Shown here piece after piece: positions 39,685 to 54,408 of a DNA stretch of 64,000 nt (position 1 is the stretch's first letter; each line of letters starts with the position of its first letter). The position numbers and the translations under genes are program-made. The stretch comes from Camelus ferus (Eukaryota), in the NCBI RefSeq assembly GCF_009834535.1, contig NC_045696.1:34536001-34600000 (forward strand), written 5' to 3'. The notes under the pieces were generated by a model. It was not told where the DNA came from. It did no database searches and saw only the letters and a list, made by a program, of their open reading frames with translations.

Positions 39685-41540
39685 GTAAAACAGTTAACTG
39701 TTGATCATTTTGTCTACATTTAAAACCAGCCTTTATTTTTATTCTTCCCTTAAAAATAGTGTATTGATTATAAGTTTTTATATTTACTAAGGTGGCAATG
39801 CTTAAGATACTATTATCTTGGAAGAAAAAGAAAGTTCTTAAAATTAACTGTTGGCTGTATTTCTAAACAGATCATAGATAGGATTCTAATTCCACATTTA
39901 CTAGACTAGAGCTTGCTGCCACCTCCCTTGTAGATTCCCAAGCACGTCCCGGACGTATAATTGCTTTTTATTGCTACAGGCCTTCGTTCCAAAGCCCCAT
40001 GTAGAACTCAGCTCTAGAAAAAGGACTCTTTTTGCCTAGACTAGAGGCAGGCTGTCTGTTCCATATCACTTTTTCCCTTGGCTGTTTCCTGATTATCTCA
40101 TCTACTTTCTTAATAACCTTCCCAAGAAAGGAGGCAAGTTTTTTTTGCACGTGCTCTATGAGTGAAGAGTAAATCCAGAAGGGATCTGAAAGATCTAAGA
40201 CCTCACCTGTAGTTAGAAGAACATTTGATGTTTTTACCATTTAGTTGAGAAGCAATACCTAGAACTGTGGCTCACTATTGTGTCCTTGGCAGTATCTCTT
40301 TGCACGTGTCTGGGGTGGAATAAAGGAAGATGTACTTTGAGCTCCCCCTAGGGGCGAAGTTGTTCAGACACCATATCTTGCATTTATTTCTATGGTGCTA
40401 ACAAGCAAGGCTTATTATGTTAACCCAAGGGTATTGCATTCTACCTTTAGGAAGCAAATCGTTAGAGTAACAGAAAAATTGTGCAGTGCTTTCTCTCACC
40501 TAGAATTTTATTTCATGTTTATTGAAAGAGAGCTTTTAGACCGATTTAAAACAGATTTTTATGATTGATCTCTCTGGTACATACATAAAGTAGGAAAACT
40601 ATAAGCAAACTCAATTGGCTAAGGTATATCTAAAACTTCACATTCAGAATCTGACTCCGGAATCGCTTTTCCACTTCAGTCATCAGTGTCTGTTTCTCTA
40701 TACCATTTTGTCTTCCGTGGCATCGAAAGTGTTGGTGATGCAGCATTTCCTAAAATAATTTATAAAATAATTAAAAGCCATTGGTACTGGGCTTTTAAAA
40801 GCTTAAGCTGACTTTATAATTTCTTTTTAAGTAGTCAGCTTTTGACTCCTGCTTTGGGGGTATTGTTTAATTATCCTACACCTTCTTTATACCATTTGAT
40901 ATCATAACATTGTGAAATTATATCTAATCTGTGAAGGGATGTATCCTTTTTTTTTCTTGTGAACATGGTTTCCATTCAGTTATCAAAATAATTCCTGAAA
41001 GGATCTGTGGTTCATAAAAATGTTCATGGTTTTGCACTGTTTTCTATCTCCTCAAATTCTAAAGCTCATCCCTTCTGTTGTTTGTGCTTAATCTCTGCCA
41101 TTTCTGCTACTTTTTTGCTGCAGTGGCTTCTTCCTATTGTAAATTCTCTTGAGCCTCTAACTCTGCCTCCTTGGAGAGATTTCACCTTTTGTTCCCATTT
41201 TAGCTTCACCTGAAAAATTGTCTTCCATTTTCTCACTGAGCTGCTGCTGCTGGTGCTTCCCAGACCTGTGCCCTATGGGACCCAGGAAGGGCCAGCATAT
41301 AGTCCATCATATATACCCTTCCAGAACCTCATATTTGCTAAGCTTTGTGAATTCTCCAGGCTTTCGACTGACCTCTGATAATCCAATGACAATCCCAGTC
41401 TCACCTTTTGAATTTTAAGAATTTTTTTCTGTTAGTGCAAACTCTTATTTCCCAAGTGGTTCATTTCTGTCCATCTTTCATTTAGATTCATACCATCTTA
41501 AGACCATGTTCTTTCTCCTCTACCTGAAGTAGGACAAACA

Positions 41541-41709
41541 CAGTGCTGCTCATAACTTTAAAGTACATGAAGATCACCTGGGGATCTTGTTAAAATCCAG
41601 GTTATGATTCAGTAGCTCGGAGGTGGGGCCCGAGAGTCTGCATTTCTGACAAGCTCTGAGGTGATGCTGATGGTGCTGGTCCCTGCACTACACTTTGAAT
41701 CAGCAAGGG
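41541..41709. mobile_element. MER5A hAT-Charlie MITE
   Basis: atcacctgggatcttgttaaaat...ggtggggcccgagagtctgcatttctgacaagctc...gtgatgctgatg. Confidence 0.85.
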
Positions 41710-41779
41710 ACTAACATTCTTTGCTGGATTTAAGTTAATCGTTCCTTCTATTCCCCTGCTCTCTCCCCTTCCATTTTCC

Positions 41780-41890
41780 AGCTGTGAGTATCCTAGCTCT
41801 ACCACTCTGTCATCTTGAGCAAGTTATGTAATTTCTGTGTCAGTTTCCTTTTTTGTAAAATGGGGACAGTACTTGTACTTGCTGTTTAGG
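41780..41890 (+). mobile_element. MIR fragment
   Basis: tcctagctctaccact...cttgagcaagtta...cagtttcctt...gtaaaatgggga. Confidence 0.7.
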
Positions 41891-42184
41891 GTCATCAGCT
41901 TGGCATGGTTCTTAGCAAAATGATCAGGCTTAAGGCCTAAGGCAGGCCTATAGCCTGTCTGGTGAAGTGTATGGACTCTGAAGTCATACTATCTGGATTT
42001 CTATTTTTCACAGCGAGACCAAAACCTAGCTCTAAGCTTATTCTGTTCTTCCATGAATTTTGGATGTCCTAAAACTTGAGCTGTTCCAGTCGAAGTTATT
42101 AATTCTCCTTATCTACTGACTGTAATTTTTCCTCTGCTTTATTCCAAGAGGAAACTTTACTCTTAGAGCCAGGTGTTCCATCTG

Positions 42185-42673
42185 CAGATGGTCCGTGACA
42201 TGTGATGGTTCAGCTTACGGTTTTTCAACATTTTGATGGTGTGAAAGCATACCATTCAGTGGAAACTGTACTTCGAACTTTGAATTTTCATCTTTTCCCA
42301 GGCTAGTAACGTGCTGTATGACACTATCTCGTGATACTGGGCAGCGGCAGCTCTCAGTCAGCCATGCCATCACCAGAGGAAACGACTGATACATTTAAAA
42401 CCATTTTGAACCCAGGCAACCATTCTGTTTCTCACTTTCAGTATAATATTTAATAAGTTACATGAGATATTTAACATTTTATTGTAAAATAGGCTTTGTG
42501 GTAGATAATTTTGTCCAGCTGTAGGCTAATGTAAGTGTTCTGAGCATATTTAAGGTAGGCTAGGCTGTGATGATTGGGAGGTTAGATGTATTAAATGCAT
42601 TTCAACTTAATGATATTTTCAACTTACAATGGTTAACTGGGATTCGACCCCATTGTAAGCTGAGGAAGATATG
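42185..42673. mobile_element. MER47/Tigger5-like TcMar element
   Basis: Degenerate TIRs cagatggtccgtgacatgtgatgg...ccattgtaagctgaggaagatatg with typical MER47 body. Confidence 0.75.
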
Positions 42674-45600
42674 TGCTGGCTTCTAAAAGCTTTCTTCCTG
42701 GCACTTGGCTTTCAATAATTTTTCTTTACCTCAATACAAGAAGATGATACATTTCTTATATGATGTGCCTACTTCATTATTTTTAATCTCCAGAATCCAT
42801 TAATTTGATTAGATATTTTAGAGTCCCAGTGAAATGACAAAAATAATATAACATTTGGAAAAAATTTCTTATGAATGTTGGAAACTAGAATGAAGACTTT
42901 TATCAAGTGCTTACAGATGGAGGGATGGGCCAAACAATAATTGATCAACTGAATGTGATTAAATAGGGAAATGAGAGAGAGAGAGAAAGAGAGACCTGCC
43001 ATTGCTATCCAGAAGTACTCCCCGCCCTCCACCAGCTTATAACAACAGGGGCTGGAGGAAATAGCAGATAGTGGGGCACCTGGTGTGGCCAATCTCACCC
43101 TTGTTGGTGCTTCTTGAAAATGCACTATGTGTGCAGCAGAAGTGACAGAACAGGAATGGTGATGTGACTGTTACACTTACATTAAAAATGGGATGTATGG
43201 CTCTGCATGAGAGCATTCCTTCCATTCAGGGAATGATGATGTGATCCAAACTAACTGCAGCCTGCCCTGATACCCAGAGGTAAGAAAGTTTTGTATAAAG
43301 AGCTGTGATTATCTCCTACGAGGTTGCTTCCTCATAACTTACTACCTCATAGGCCATTAATGTGACAAATTAAACTGACAAAATTTTACCTTCTCTGTTT
43401 GGGCTTGAAGGATTTGACAGATACCTATTTACCCATTAGTAAAACAGTTCTCTGTTCTGAATACTCTAGGTAAAGATGAATAAAGAGAATAATACTAGTT
43501 ACCACCAGTTACATGGTAAGATAAGGCAGTTTTTAAGAAACAAAGGATCAGTTATGTCTTGCTATGGTTGAGTCTTGGGTATCTTCTGTGAAACTGGAAG
43601 TGTAATTGTAAAGAAGGGACAACCTCGAAGAATATATGGAAGTAAAATATTATATGGAAATGAAACTATTAAAAGTGTAGTGAAGGTGATTAACAGCAGG
43701 TTAGCGCCAGGAAAAACCAAGTCAGTGAAGGAAACAATTTCTAAAAATTAATTTTCAATTCATAGTTACATGCAGCCATATCTCATTATGGTCTTCAATT
43801 GTCAGGATAAAGAAGAGTTCCGATAGATGTCAGAATCATGTAGAACAAACAGTATTCCCATAAAGGAAAAAATAAAATCAGGCCTGCAGTGAACTTCTCC
43901 ACTGTACAAACACCATAATAAATTATGTCTGGAGTTTTTCAAGGGAAAAAATATTATTTAATAATACAGCTGCCAAGCCCTATAGTTTATGAGAGAGGGC
44001 AACAGAAATAAATAGTCTAAATATTTGGAAAGCAAACCAGCTACGTAACTTTTATCAGGAAAACAAATAAAGAAGTATGCCAGCGGATGTAGAAATGATC
44101 AAAACAAAGAATTTACTAATAGAGTTGTTACAGAATAAAAGAAATAGGACTGACCTATAGAAACAAGTAAAAATTAGTACACTATTGTTAATATGGTAAT
44201 TATGAAAATTTTGGTAATATAAGAAATGATTCTGGAGAAAGAAAATACAAGTTTTAAATAAAAGCACAAATAGTCAGGAACTAAATTCTCAGATTATGGT
44301 ATTGATTGGATCGAGATAAAGAAGATAGGGAGGAATCAAGTACATTTGAGGGTACCAAAGCTGAAGTACCCACCTAGAGCAATGCCATTCACTAAGTGGG
44401 TGTTGATTACAGAGGTAAGGGAAGAATATAGAAAGAAGATAAATTCTACTCTAGACATAGAGTTTTAAATATCTTTGGAATATTTAGATACTGATGCCCG
44501 ATGATGTTTAGATTCATGGGTCTATATTTTTATCTTCCTCGTTTGTTTTGTTTTTAAACAAGAACATATATTACTTTTATAAAGAAGAGCAAAACATAAT
44601 TAAAAGTAAAAGAAGCAGCCACAAGAGAGTTTAGTTATGCCCACCCTGTTTCACTGGGGCAAATGTTGATCTCCCCTAATAAGTTAGAGTTTATATTCAT
44701 TGTCATCATAAAACCTAGCACATTTCCCATATTTTATTCTTTTAGCTAATATAAATAAATTTAGAACTATTAACATTCCACTAAAACCTTCTTAAAAATG
44801 GATCATATGCCCTCTCTAGACTACTTGTTATTCGGCAAAGTCCTAATCTTGGTAATCAAATCCACTTGATCAAAACCACCTTTGTAGTGCTGGTTAAAAG
44901 GCTTTTATAGAGTACAACCCTATCAGCTTAAGAGCAAGACATTTTGTGAGCAGTAGTCATAGGCATTTCTACCTGATGTCTAGCTGTGTCTTTTTTTTTT
45001 AAATCCCATTTAGAGATGTATCATCCTTGATAACTATAAAAAATAAGAAACAGTGAGGCAGAATGTCTAAAATGGTTTACCTCATGGTCCATTGGTTACC
45101 ACTGTGTACAGTAAGATGAGGGAGACATGAATAAATGTATTCATAGGATGAAGCCATCAGTGTTTACTTGTGGATTCTACTTTGACATTGTGTAGAAAAA
45201 AGAGAAACTGAAATATGCTTAATTGTGTGAAAAGTGTAAAGGAAAAGATTTTACTATCTATGAAAGAAACATTTGACAAGTGTGCCACATATTTAGCCCT
45301 GGGAGTAAAAGGAATTCATGTTAAAATTAAGTTTCAGATTTTGAAATCATTTTGTAAAGGTCATATTCCTTAGATAAATCTGGTGTTGAAATGGATAAAG
45401 CTTTGATATATTTCCACTGGCATTTATCTTTTTGAAATTGTTAGTCCAGATTAATAACTCTTGTATATCACTACCTCAGAAATATTTTTACTTTCTCTGT
45501 ATACTTTTTTAAATAATCTGTTTGAGTAAGAAACACTTTACTTCAGTTCATTTGTTGAAGTTCTATAATCACTTTGAAGAGATAAAAGACCCAGAGTTAT

Positions 45601-48600
45601 TTCAAGCATAAGATATATAATAAATAAACTTGAGATAGTTAAGCTCAAGGGACCAAGAGCAAACTTCCAAAAGATAAGGATGTCAACTCAATAAATTGCA
45701 TCTCTCAGGAAAAGCTAGTATACCCAGACACATGGAGGGGCAGTCATCTCAAAGAGTTGTACATTGATAGTTACTCACACCATAGTACCTAACCATAAGT
45801 GAAGATCTTCTATTCTGAGCAATCTTGTGTTGTCAGGAGCAGACATATGTTAAACGCCTTTAAAATCAATGACAGGATTTACTTTGCAGCTAGTTCTGAA
45901 AGCACATCAGGATCACTGAGGCATTCATTATTCACTGAAAGGTGATTCTGTAGAGTGTCCTAATACATAACTAATTAGAGGTATCAGCATATTAGTGCTT
46001 GAAGTAGTTTATATTTCTCCAGGTAAAATATTAGCACATTGAAAATTTTGTTATATAGAACTGTAGGGAGCATTAAGTCCAACCTAATTTTTTAATAAAT
46101 GATGAAACAAAGGACCAGAGAGACTCAGTCAGTCATCTATTCAGCAGTAGTTACTGGAAGTCACATCACTTGCTCCGTTTGCAGCATAGCCCATAGTGTG
46201 ACCTGTTCTCTCGCTGCTGAATCAGATTTTGTATTTATTTCTCTGCATAGGAACCCGTGTTCAAATACATCTTTCATACACCTTAATTCTGCTTCAAAGT
46301 CTGTCTTACAGGTTAGAACTATAACAAAAGTGCTTCTCTGTTGGCTATATTATTTCATTACTAATTTTAAAATACTGATGGTAGGGTGTGCTTTCACTAG
46401 CATGGCAGCCACCAATTCATTTTGAAATCTGATTGTGCTCTCAGTTGATGATTTCACTGTTTTTATGATTGGCTTCCCCTTCAGAAAAAAACTGCTAACT
46501 TAAGTAACATTTACATTGTTACCTAAAATTTTCTTAAATATATGAAAATGTAATCAGGCTTTTTAAACAGGGAATAATTACTCATATTTAAGTGTTCATT
46601 TTTTCAAAAGCCCTGAAAGAGGTATCTTAAATAGTTCACTAAGTACATGATTCTAGTTATTTTTTAAAAATCATATACATGTAATTTATAGGCATTAATA
46701 TATTTTTATAATTTTGAAAATGGGAATCACCTTAAAAATTGTTTAATCAATAATCCCTTATTTTATAGATCAAAAAATTAAGCTTCAGTGGAGTTGAGGT
46801 TTATAGAAGCAGAACAAGGGCCTAAATCTTACTCTCAACCCAGCGTTCTTTCCAGCATTCCTTCATCTATTATATGAAATGATACAACCATGTGTTTGCA
46901 GTAGTGTATATGTCAAAAGAACAGGTTAAAAGAAGTGTTTTTATTTATACTACTATCTTAAATGCTGTATGACCTTAACATTTTAAAACCTTTTCAAGAC
47001 TGCCTTATTGCAGGGGGTGGGGGGAGAACTTTAGTGTGCTTATCTGAGTGATAGATGAAGGCCTAGACTGAGTGTTAAGTTGTAGAAATGGCAAGGAAGC
47101 AGCAGATCAGATGTTAAAGAAAACTGACATAACATTAGGATCAGTAGAAGAAGATGAGTTTTATATTTGATTCCAAACATAAATATAAAAACAAACAATA
47201 CCTAAAACTAGGAATCCCCATGCCCATGATATCATACCCATCCAGATTTTTTTTAAGTTTGAGCGCATATCCACAATATAGGTATATTTGTTATTTATGT
47301 ACATGTACTAATACTATATATAATATAAAACATAAAAATATATTTTAAAAGGGTAAAAGTAAAGTATTTTAACACTATAAGACTTTAATGACACTAATAT
47401 GACAATGTGCTTTATTTTTGAAAAGTTTTAACAGTTAGTCATACAGTAAGTCTGATTTTTAAGTTGTTTACTTTGATACTTGGTTTTGTCATAGGTGAAA
47501 AAGATACCTTTGGTAGATCCAAATAGAAAATTTTTATTTTCTTAATTTTGATACTCAGTTTTAAATGCCTTCCACCAAATTTACAGTTCTGTTGCAATTT
47601 GACCACTAAATTCCTATGGTTTCTGAAATCAATCATTGTTTTCTTGAATACTAAACATTTTTTACTAAATAAATTGAAAACTCATTAAAATGTTCCAGAT
47701 GGATTTTTTTTTAAGCAGAAAATTCTAGTTTAAGTTTTTCTATAGCATATACAAGCACTGTAGGTGACATCAATTTTTGGCAACAACAATCATGTAAAGA
47801 TGCAAATATGTCCAAACATCCACTTTAAACGATTTTCTCCTTAAGAACTTTCTTTTGAAAAGCAGTGACTTTTTCATTGTTACGATACTCTCTTTATATG
47901 GGCAAACTCAGAATGTTTAACTTTTCAAAAACATCAGGTAAATACTCCTTAGGAACTTAACCACAGAAAGGAAGAGCAAATTTTGGAGAACTGTCTTTTT
48001 GTAAAAAACTGCATAACATCTTCAAATTTTACCACTTTTGAAGTGCTTTGCTGTAAGATAATGAAAGTTTAATAATAAAAGATATCAGGATCATTCTCAT
48101 TTCAAAGTATCAGTGAAGATTTTATTGTATTTTAAAGGCTTTGTTTTTATAAAATTAACTAAATCAAATGCCTTTTATAATTTTGCTTTGATTTGCTGCA
48201 ATAGCTTATGAATTTGACATGTGGTATTTTATAATTTTATTCTGGAATCTACATTTCATTCAAAATAAGACAGATATTGAATAGTGCTTCTACTTACACA
48301 GATTTCTGTAGAGCTCTATTTTGATTTAAAAAGTTATTTATTATTGAGAATATGTCTTCTCTGGTATACTTTTCCTTTTCTGACTCTGATTGAAAAAGCT
48401 TTTAACTACGTAGGAAGTAAGATGTCAACGCTTAATAATGCAAGGCCTTTTCTTCTATGTGATAAGTACCGGAAGAATGGAGTGGTACAGATTTTCAGTA
48501 CTGAAGGAGAAAGAATTATGGGTTGAGGTACCTAGTGAAGGCTTCTCTGTGGAAAGATAGTTAGGAAAGGATTTAGTTAGGTTTATAGGAAGTTGGAGGA

Positions 48601-50144
48601 GAAAGACTTATAGAAGACAAGGCATAGGCAAGAAAGTACAAAGTAAGTTTGGAAGACATGGAAGAGACCAGGCTAGAGGAAAGGAATCATGATGTGCAGT
48701 AATAGATGAGTGAGTAGGTAGGTAAGTCCATACAGATGAAGTTGAGGCATTAAGAACTTTTTATCCTATGATGAGCGAAAGAATTCAGATCAAGTGTGTA
48801 CAATGGTCAGAACACTGACCTGCAGCTTCACAGACATGTTGTAGTGGCCAACTCTAGAGTGGCAGCATGTTCGGGGAAGAAAAATCTTCTGGTACTAAAT
48901 GGATTCTGAAGGAAGAGTTGGGGAGTTATGCTTTCTCTCTACCTTTGGCAAAGACACAAGATTGAATGGAAGTTTCTTAGGGAATTATATTTAGCTCAGT
49001 GCAGTGGGTAAATAAAGGGTTAGGTTAATATACAGGTCCACGATTTTAATTAAACATTCTAAAAAATACAGTATGAATTATATTCTAGAAAAGATAAATT
49101 GTAAATTCTGTAGTGCTTTGAGTGCTTCCTTTTCCACTTTGGAGGTTATTAAATTAAGTATTATCCAAAAAAGCCACCATACTGTTTAAGGAGGAAGGAG
49201 CCAAAAGATACTTACAAACTTATTTGTTTTCTTTTATCCTGTGTCTTTTTAAGTAGACCAAAATGAAATCTTTATTTCATCTCTATTTCCCCATAGAAGT
49301 GGTCTCCAAAATATGATGTACTTGACTCAAGTATGCATACAAAAAACAAAACTTTAATTTATAATTTTTATCCTAGAAAAATGAATTTAAGCTAATTTAC
49401 TAATTTTTAATAGAAGGATTAATAAGAGTAAAAGTATAAAATTTATAGTATAAACATTTATGAAAATGCACCCAAAATGTAGGAGGCAAAAAAGTATGCC
49501 TGAGTTGACCTTGGGTTGGAGATTGTTAAATATACAGAGTATCAGGGTTTTTCTCTAAAAATTTTGATTCAGTAGATTTGGATTGGGGCCGGGGAATCTG
49601 TCTTTTAACAAGACCTCCAAATGTTTCTTATTTTCAGCCAAGTTAAAGAAATTAGCAATAGATCACATCTTGATTCAGGCCCAAGTCCCGTTCTGGGTCC
49701 CGCAGCGCTCATGGCTGTATGACTGGTGCCTCATCTTCTTTAACGCAGCTGGAAGATAGGTTGTCCCAGGGCTCAGCGGAGTTAAAGCCTCATCAGTGAT
49801 TCAGGGGGTGGCATCCAGCTCACCTTATTTCTTGTGCTTTGATTGGACCGTAAGCCAGCTTATAGGAGTTTAATTTTATGGGCAGCAGTATGTGTATCTA
49901 GAGTAATTGAGGAATTTGTTTACCTTGAGGTTTAAAATGGATGATTGTTTTTAACCATGAAGCTGTTGCCACAGATCATTACTATGTTCCATGTGTTAAA
50001 AAATCATGGCTTATCAATAACTTTATCTTATTTTTATGAATGCTGTAACATACTGACACATGAAAATGTAGGAGTTAATTGTATGCTAAGGCAATTGGAT
50101 GTCCTAAAATAAAATATTTACTCAGAATCTTAAAAAATACTAGA

Positions 50145-50320
50145 AAAAATAAGCTAACATTTATTAGGTGCTTATTATGCCAGGCACTGTCCCAAGCACT
50201 TTTCAGTATTGTGTATTATTTAATCCTTACAACAATCCTATGAAGTAGGTGTTTTTAGTATCCATTTTGCAGGAGTTAACTGAAGGAGCAGAGAGGTTAA
50301 GTAACTTGCCCATTGTTTAT
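50145..50320 (-). mobile_element. MIR SINE
   Basis: agctaacatttattaggtgcttattatgccaggcactg...agagaggttaagtaacttgccc. Confidence 0.85.
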
Positions 50321-51805
50321 AGGGTTTTTGTTTGCTTGGTTGGTTATTTTAATTTGGGAATGTGCTAAAATAACTTTTAGAAGATACTTACTTTCATGTT
50401 TTCATTTAATGATCCTTTGACTTCTTTGAATAATTCTTTATCTTGAAACTTGATTTCTTCTACTGCCCTGTTCTCTTATAAAACAAAACCTTTGTGTATT
50501 TTAACAATGAATGAAAGTGGCATATAGATATCACTTTGGAACATTCAAATGATAGAAGAACATGACAGTTTAATAAAAGCAAGTGTTTATTGCTACTTTG
50601 AATATGTAGCCTAATGATTCATCTGCTAAGTGAAATTTGTAAATATATATTGTTTTATCTTGAAGCTTCGCTTTATAACTGTTACTAAGCTTTTCACGTC
50701 TTTGGGATTTTTTGAGCACAGAAAAATTCTTGACAGTTGTTTGTGTTTTAATTGATGTGCAGTTTATTCCAGTTTTTAACAATGCTAATTTCAATATCCA
50801 GATTTTTCTTAAGGCCTTAAATAAGCTCAGTTTATGCATTAAAAAAAAATCTGTCCATACCTTCACTAGGCCTTCAGTTAATCTTTTTAAATTATCAAAT
50901 TAAATTCCCTGAAACATTTTAAAAAACACCTAACAAAGTATATAATGAATCAAAAAAGCATAATCATATGATTAAATCTTGTAAATCTAATTCTAAAATA
51001 TATAAACCAAGTTCTCCTAAATATTAAACATTGTTTACAGACTGCATGTTACATAATTCATATTTTAATCACAAGTCTTAAGATAACACATTCTCTAAAA
51101 ACATTTCAAATATCTTTTAAAAAATACCCCCAAATGCAAAGACAAATTATCAGTTAATGCCCAATTTATCAGTAATATTTTTACCTTAAACCTAATGCAG
51201 AGTCTTCATATTATAGGCTGGATGCATTCCTTCAACCTGTCATTTCTCATCCCAAGACTATAAATCTACTTACATAACAAGTGGAATAGAATTTCCATCT
51301 TCCAGCCTTCTGCCATATCTGAGATTCTACATTTGGGATTAGGGGAGGGGATTTGTACTACCTGTCAGCCAGAGTCTGCATTGGGCAGGAACCTCTCTAT
51401 CCCCTTCTTAGAATTGTCAGGCTCTTGCCTGCCACTGTTGATGGAAACGTCACGAGCCCTCACATAAATTTAACTGAATATACACGTCTTATATTTTTGC
51501 AACCTGGTTCTTTTCCTTCTAGAAATGATGCATCCCTTACACTTTTCCCTTAGGTTACACTTCATCCCTATTATAATGGGATTTTCTAAGTCCAGTTATG
51601 TACAAACTGTGTAACCTTTGGCATTTAAGCCTATTTGTATATGAATGGGGTTTTGATACCCTACTTAGGTTAATACAGCAACCCTTTCTCTTTTATAATT
51701 TAACAGCTGCCTCATTGACCATCAGTCATTTTATTGACAATGATGATCAAGTTTAGTCTTTAACCCCTTTAAATTCACAAAGCCAAAATGATTTTTCTCT
51801 CCTAG

Positions 51806-51941
51806 GAATGCCAGAATCACCTCCGCAGATATGGAAATGTGAATCTGGAACTGGTGACTCGAATCATTAGAGATGGTGGCCCATGGGAAGATCCAGTGTT
51901 GCAAGCTGTTCTAAAAGCCCAGCCAGCATCTCAGGAGATAG
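51806..51941 (+). CDS. ZNF654: ZNF654 internal coding exon (probable exon 4), 136 nt, phase 0 to 1
   Basis: Acceptor ttctctcctag|GAA and donor ATAG|gtactt. Translates ECQNHLRRYGNVNLELVTRIIRDGGPWEDPVLQAVLKAQPASQEI. Confidence 0.93.
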
Positions 51942-52369
51942 GTACTTCAGGAGACTCAAAATCCAAACCAACATTTGTGAGAAGCAAACACAATTTCATA
52001 TTCTAACTAGAGCAGTAGTAGTGATTCTTCTTTATTTTATAATATTGAAGAAGAGGAATGTATTTTCACATGAAGTGTGTTTAATTTGTTATACTAACCT
52101 GGCCCAAGAGTGACTTTTGACACAAGACTAGGTACAGTTATTTTTAGTAATTTCCCATTTATTCTAATGGGAATTCAGAGTGTTAATACATTTACTATCC
52201 AGATACTACTTATTTATAGAGTTTGTTTTTGTCACTTCGGCTATATTTTTAAAATATCTGTTTAAGAAAGAACACTTTAAAAAAAAAAACAAAAACCCTG
52301 CTTAAGTACATGGAATCTCCCTTCTACAGGAAGCTCTGTGAAGGATGGAACTCCTTCACTTTTTGGTTT

Positions 52370-52500
52370 AATATACATCACTGTATATCCTGCATCTGGC
52401 CTGGTGCCTGGTACAGAGTAGGTGCTCAGTATAAGTGTTTGTTGAATGAACAACCACATGATGAATGCAAAGTGAATGAATGACTAGTTAGATGAATAAC
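52370..52500 (+). mobile_element. L2 3' end
   Basis: gtgcctggtacagagtaggtgctcagtataagtgtttgttgaatgaa. Confidence 0.8.
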
Positions 52501-53869
52501 TAAATTTCAATTCCAAATACTCAAGAGCAGTATTTCCCAAACTTCATTCATTAATAGAAGTTAAATTTTGTCTCATACCCTTACCACCTGTGTACTTTTT
52601 TTTGACATCACTTCCTCTCCAACATAGACTCACAGTGGTTCCTGTGAGCCAGAATTTCCTTCTGAGGCAGGAATCTCGGTTGACTACTTCTAGCTAATTA
52701 TTTTAAAGAAACATTTGCCATATTATTCCCGAGCTTCAGAACATTTGGGGTCACCAAAACTTAGAATGTAAGTTCAGCAGCAGTGAATAAGCACAAAAGT
52801 GTGGACACACTTGAGAGCATGGAGAGGGTCTATGGCATGCAATTGTAACGTGGCCAGAGCGAAAAGACAAGACCTCTCGGCTCTGGATCCATTCAGAAAT
52901 TGGTCTGGTGAGAAAGACATCTTGCCCCACTGATTATCCTAAATAGTTTAGAATCTTTCCATTTGTCCCAGGTAAAGGGATGGGGATGGGTTTTGAGTAG
53001 AACTGAGTGGAGAAGGAGCTGTGATTCTAGGGCTTAAGAGCCAGCTGACCCCAGATACAAGTACAGAAGACTAGAACAGAGATGTGAGAGAAGATGAAAA
53101 AAAAAAAGTTAAGACCAGGAGAAGTAGTGCAAAGTGGTGAGATGAGATAGGAGGTAGGACAAGACTAGAAGGAAAGGGCTAAGGTACAGGTGGCAGCGCT
53201 ATAGTGGTATATACACAAAGGATGCAACGGAGACTAGCACTTGATGTCACGGTCTCAGAAAGCAGTAAGAAAACTCAAGATGGAGGTAGTTGATTGGAGG
53301 AGAAAGAGTTGAATTATTGAGGAAAAGTATGGACCACCAAATTATAGGGAAGATGAGGGTGACAGCCTGCAGGAATCTCTGAGGAAACTGGGGAATGTGG
53401 CCAGAGGGGAAAGGAGCTAGGCAAAGACAGATTTATAGGGAGTAAGAACAGAGGAGAAGTTTGGGCTTTTAGAGTAGTAGCTCTTAGGCTTCTCTGAGTC
53501 AGAGCTACAACAAACCTGTTGTTGGTTAATGAGGGCTGATGGCCTCAATATATACAGTTTACACTATATCTAGTCCTTTCATACATATTCCTCTTGTACT
53601 GACAGTAGCTGGCATACCTCACTCTGGGAAAAGCTGCTCTAGAACCTCATTAATATGGATGACTCTCCTCTAGTTGGTGATCATTAGGGTAAAGATCAGT
53701 TTGAAGTTTATCTTTGCATTAATTATACAAATCAGTGTCTGCTTATCACATACTGTAAACAGAACTGCAAGGCAAATGTTGAAGCCCAAATAAAACATTA
53801 TTCATAGGCATTTCAGAAGCTGCTGATTAAACATATATAACTAATTAAAACATTTTTGGATTTGAAATC

Positions 53870-54060
53870 ATAAAGTATGGGTTCCCGTTCCTGCTCTGCC
53901 ACTTACTTAATTAATTCTTTGTCCTTGGGCAAGTCATTTGACCTCTCTGAGACTCAGTTTTGTGATCTGTAAAACAAGTATTTAAACCTGTCATGAGGTT
54001 GTTGTTAGGTCTAAATGAACTTATGTAGATAAAGGCGTTTATACATTTTAAAATTGTGTA
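53870..54060 (+). mobile_element. MIR SINE
   Basis: ctctgccacttact...ccttgggcaagtcatttgacctctctgagactcagttt. Confidence 0.8.
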
Positions 54061-54407
54061 AAAGCAGGTATTAATTAGTAATTATCCTTGGTGATACATG
54101 AGTGTATATTAATAAGCAGTCCTACTTGACACTACTTCTAGCTTAATTTTTTGTTGGAAGGTAATAAAATATATTTCTTTTATGAGTGAATTTTTTCATT
54201 AATTGAGATTACATTTCTCTATAAGTAATCTGAATTAATGTGGTTTTAATGACAAATTAGGATTTAGCCTTTTAATCTTATAGTAATGAAAATATTGGGC
54301 AGTAAGAAGATAAAATACATAATCTTAGACTAGAAAGAAATTCCAGACCCCATGTCAGTTGAAACATATTTTAATGTATTAGTGAACAGAAAAAAGAATA
54401 TTTCATG

Positions 54408-54408
54408 C

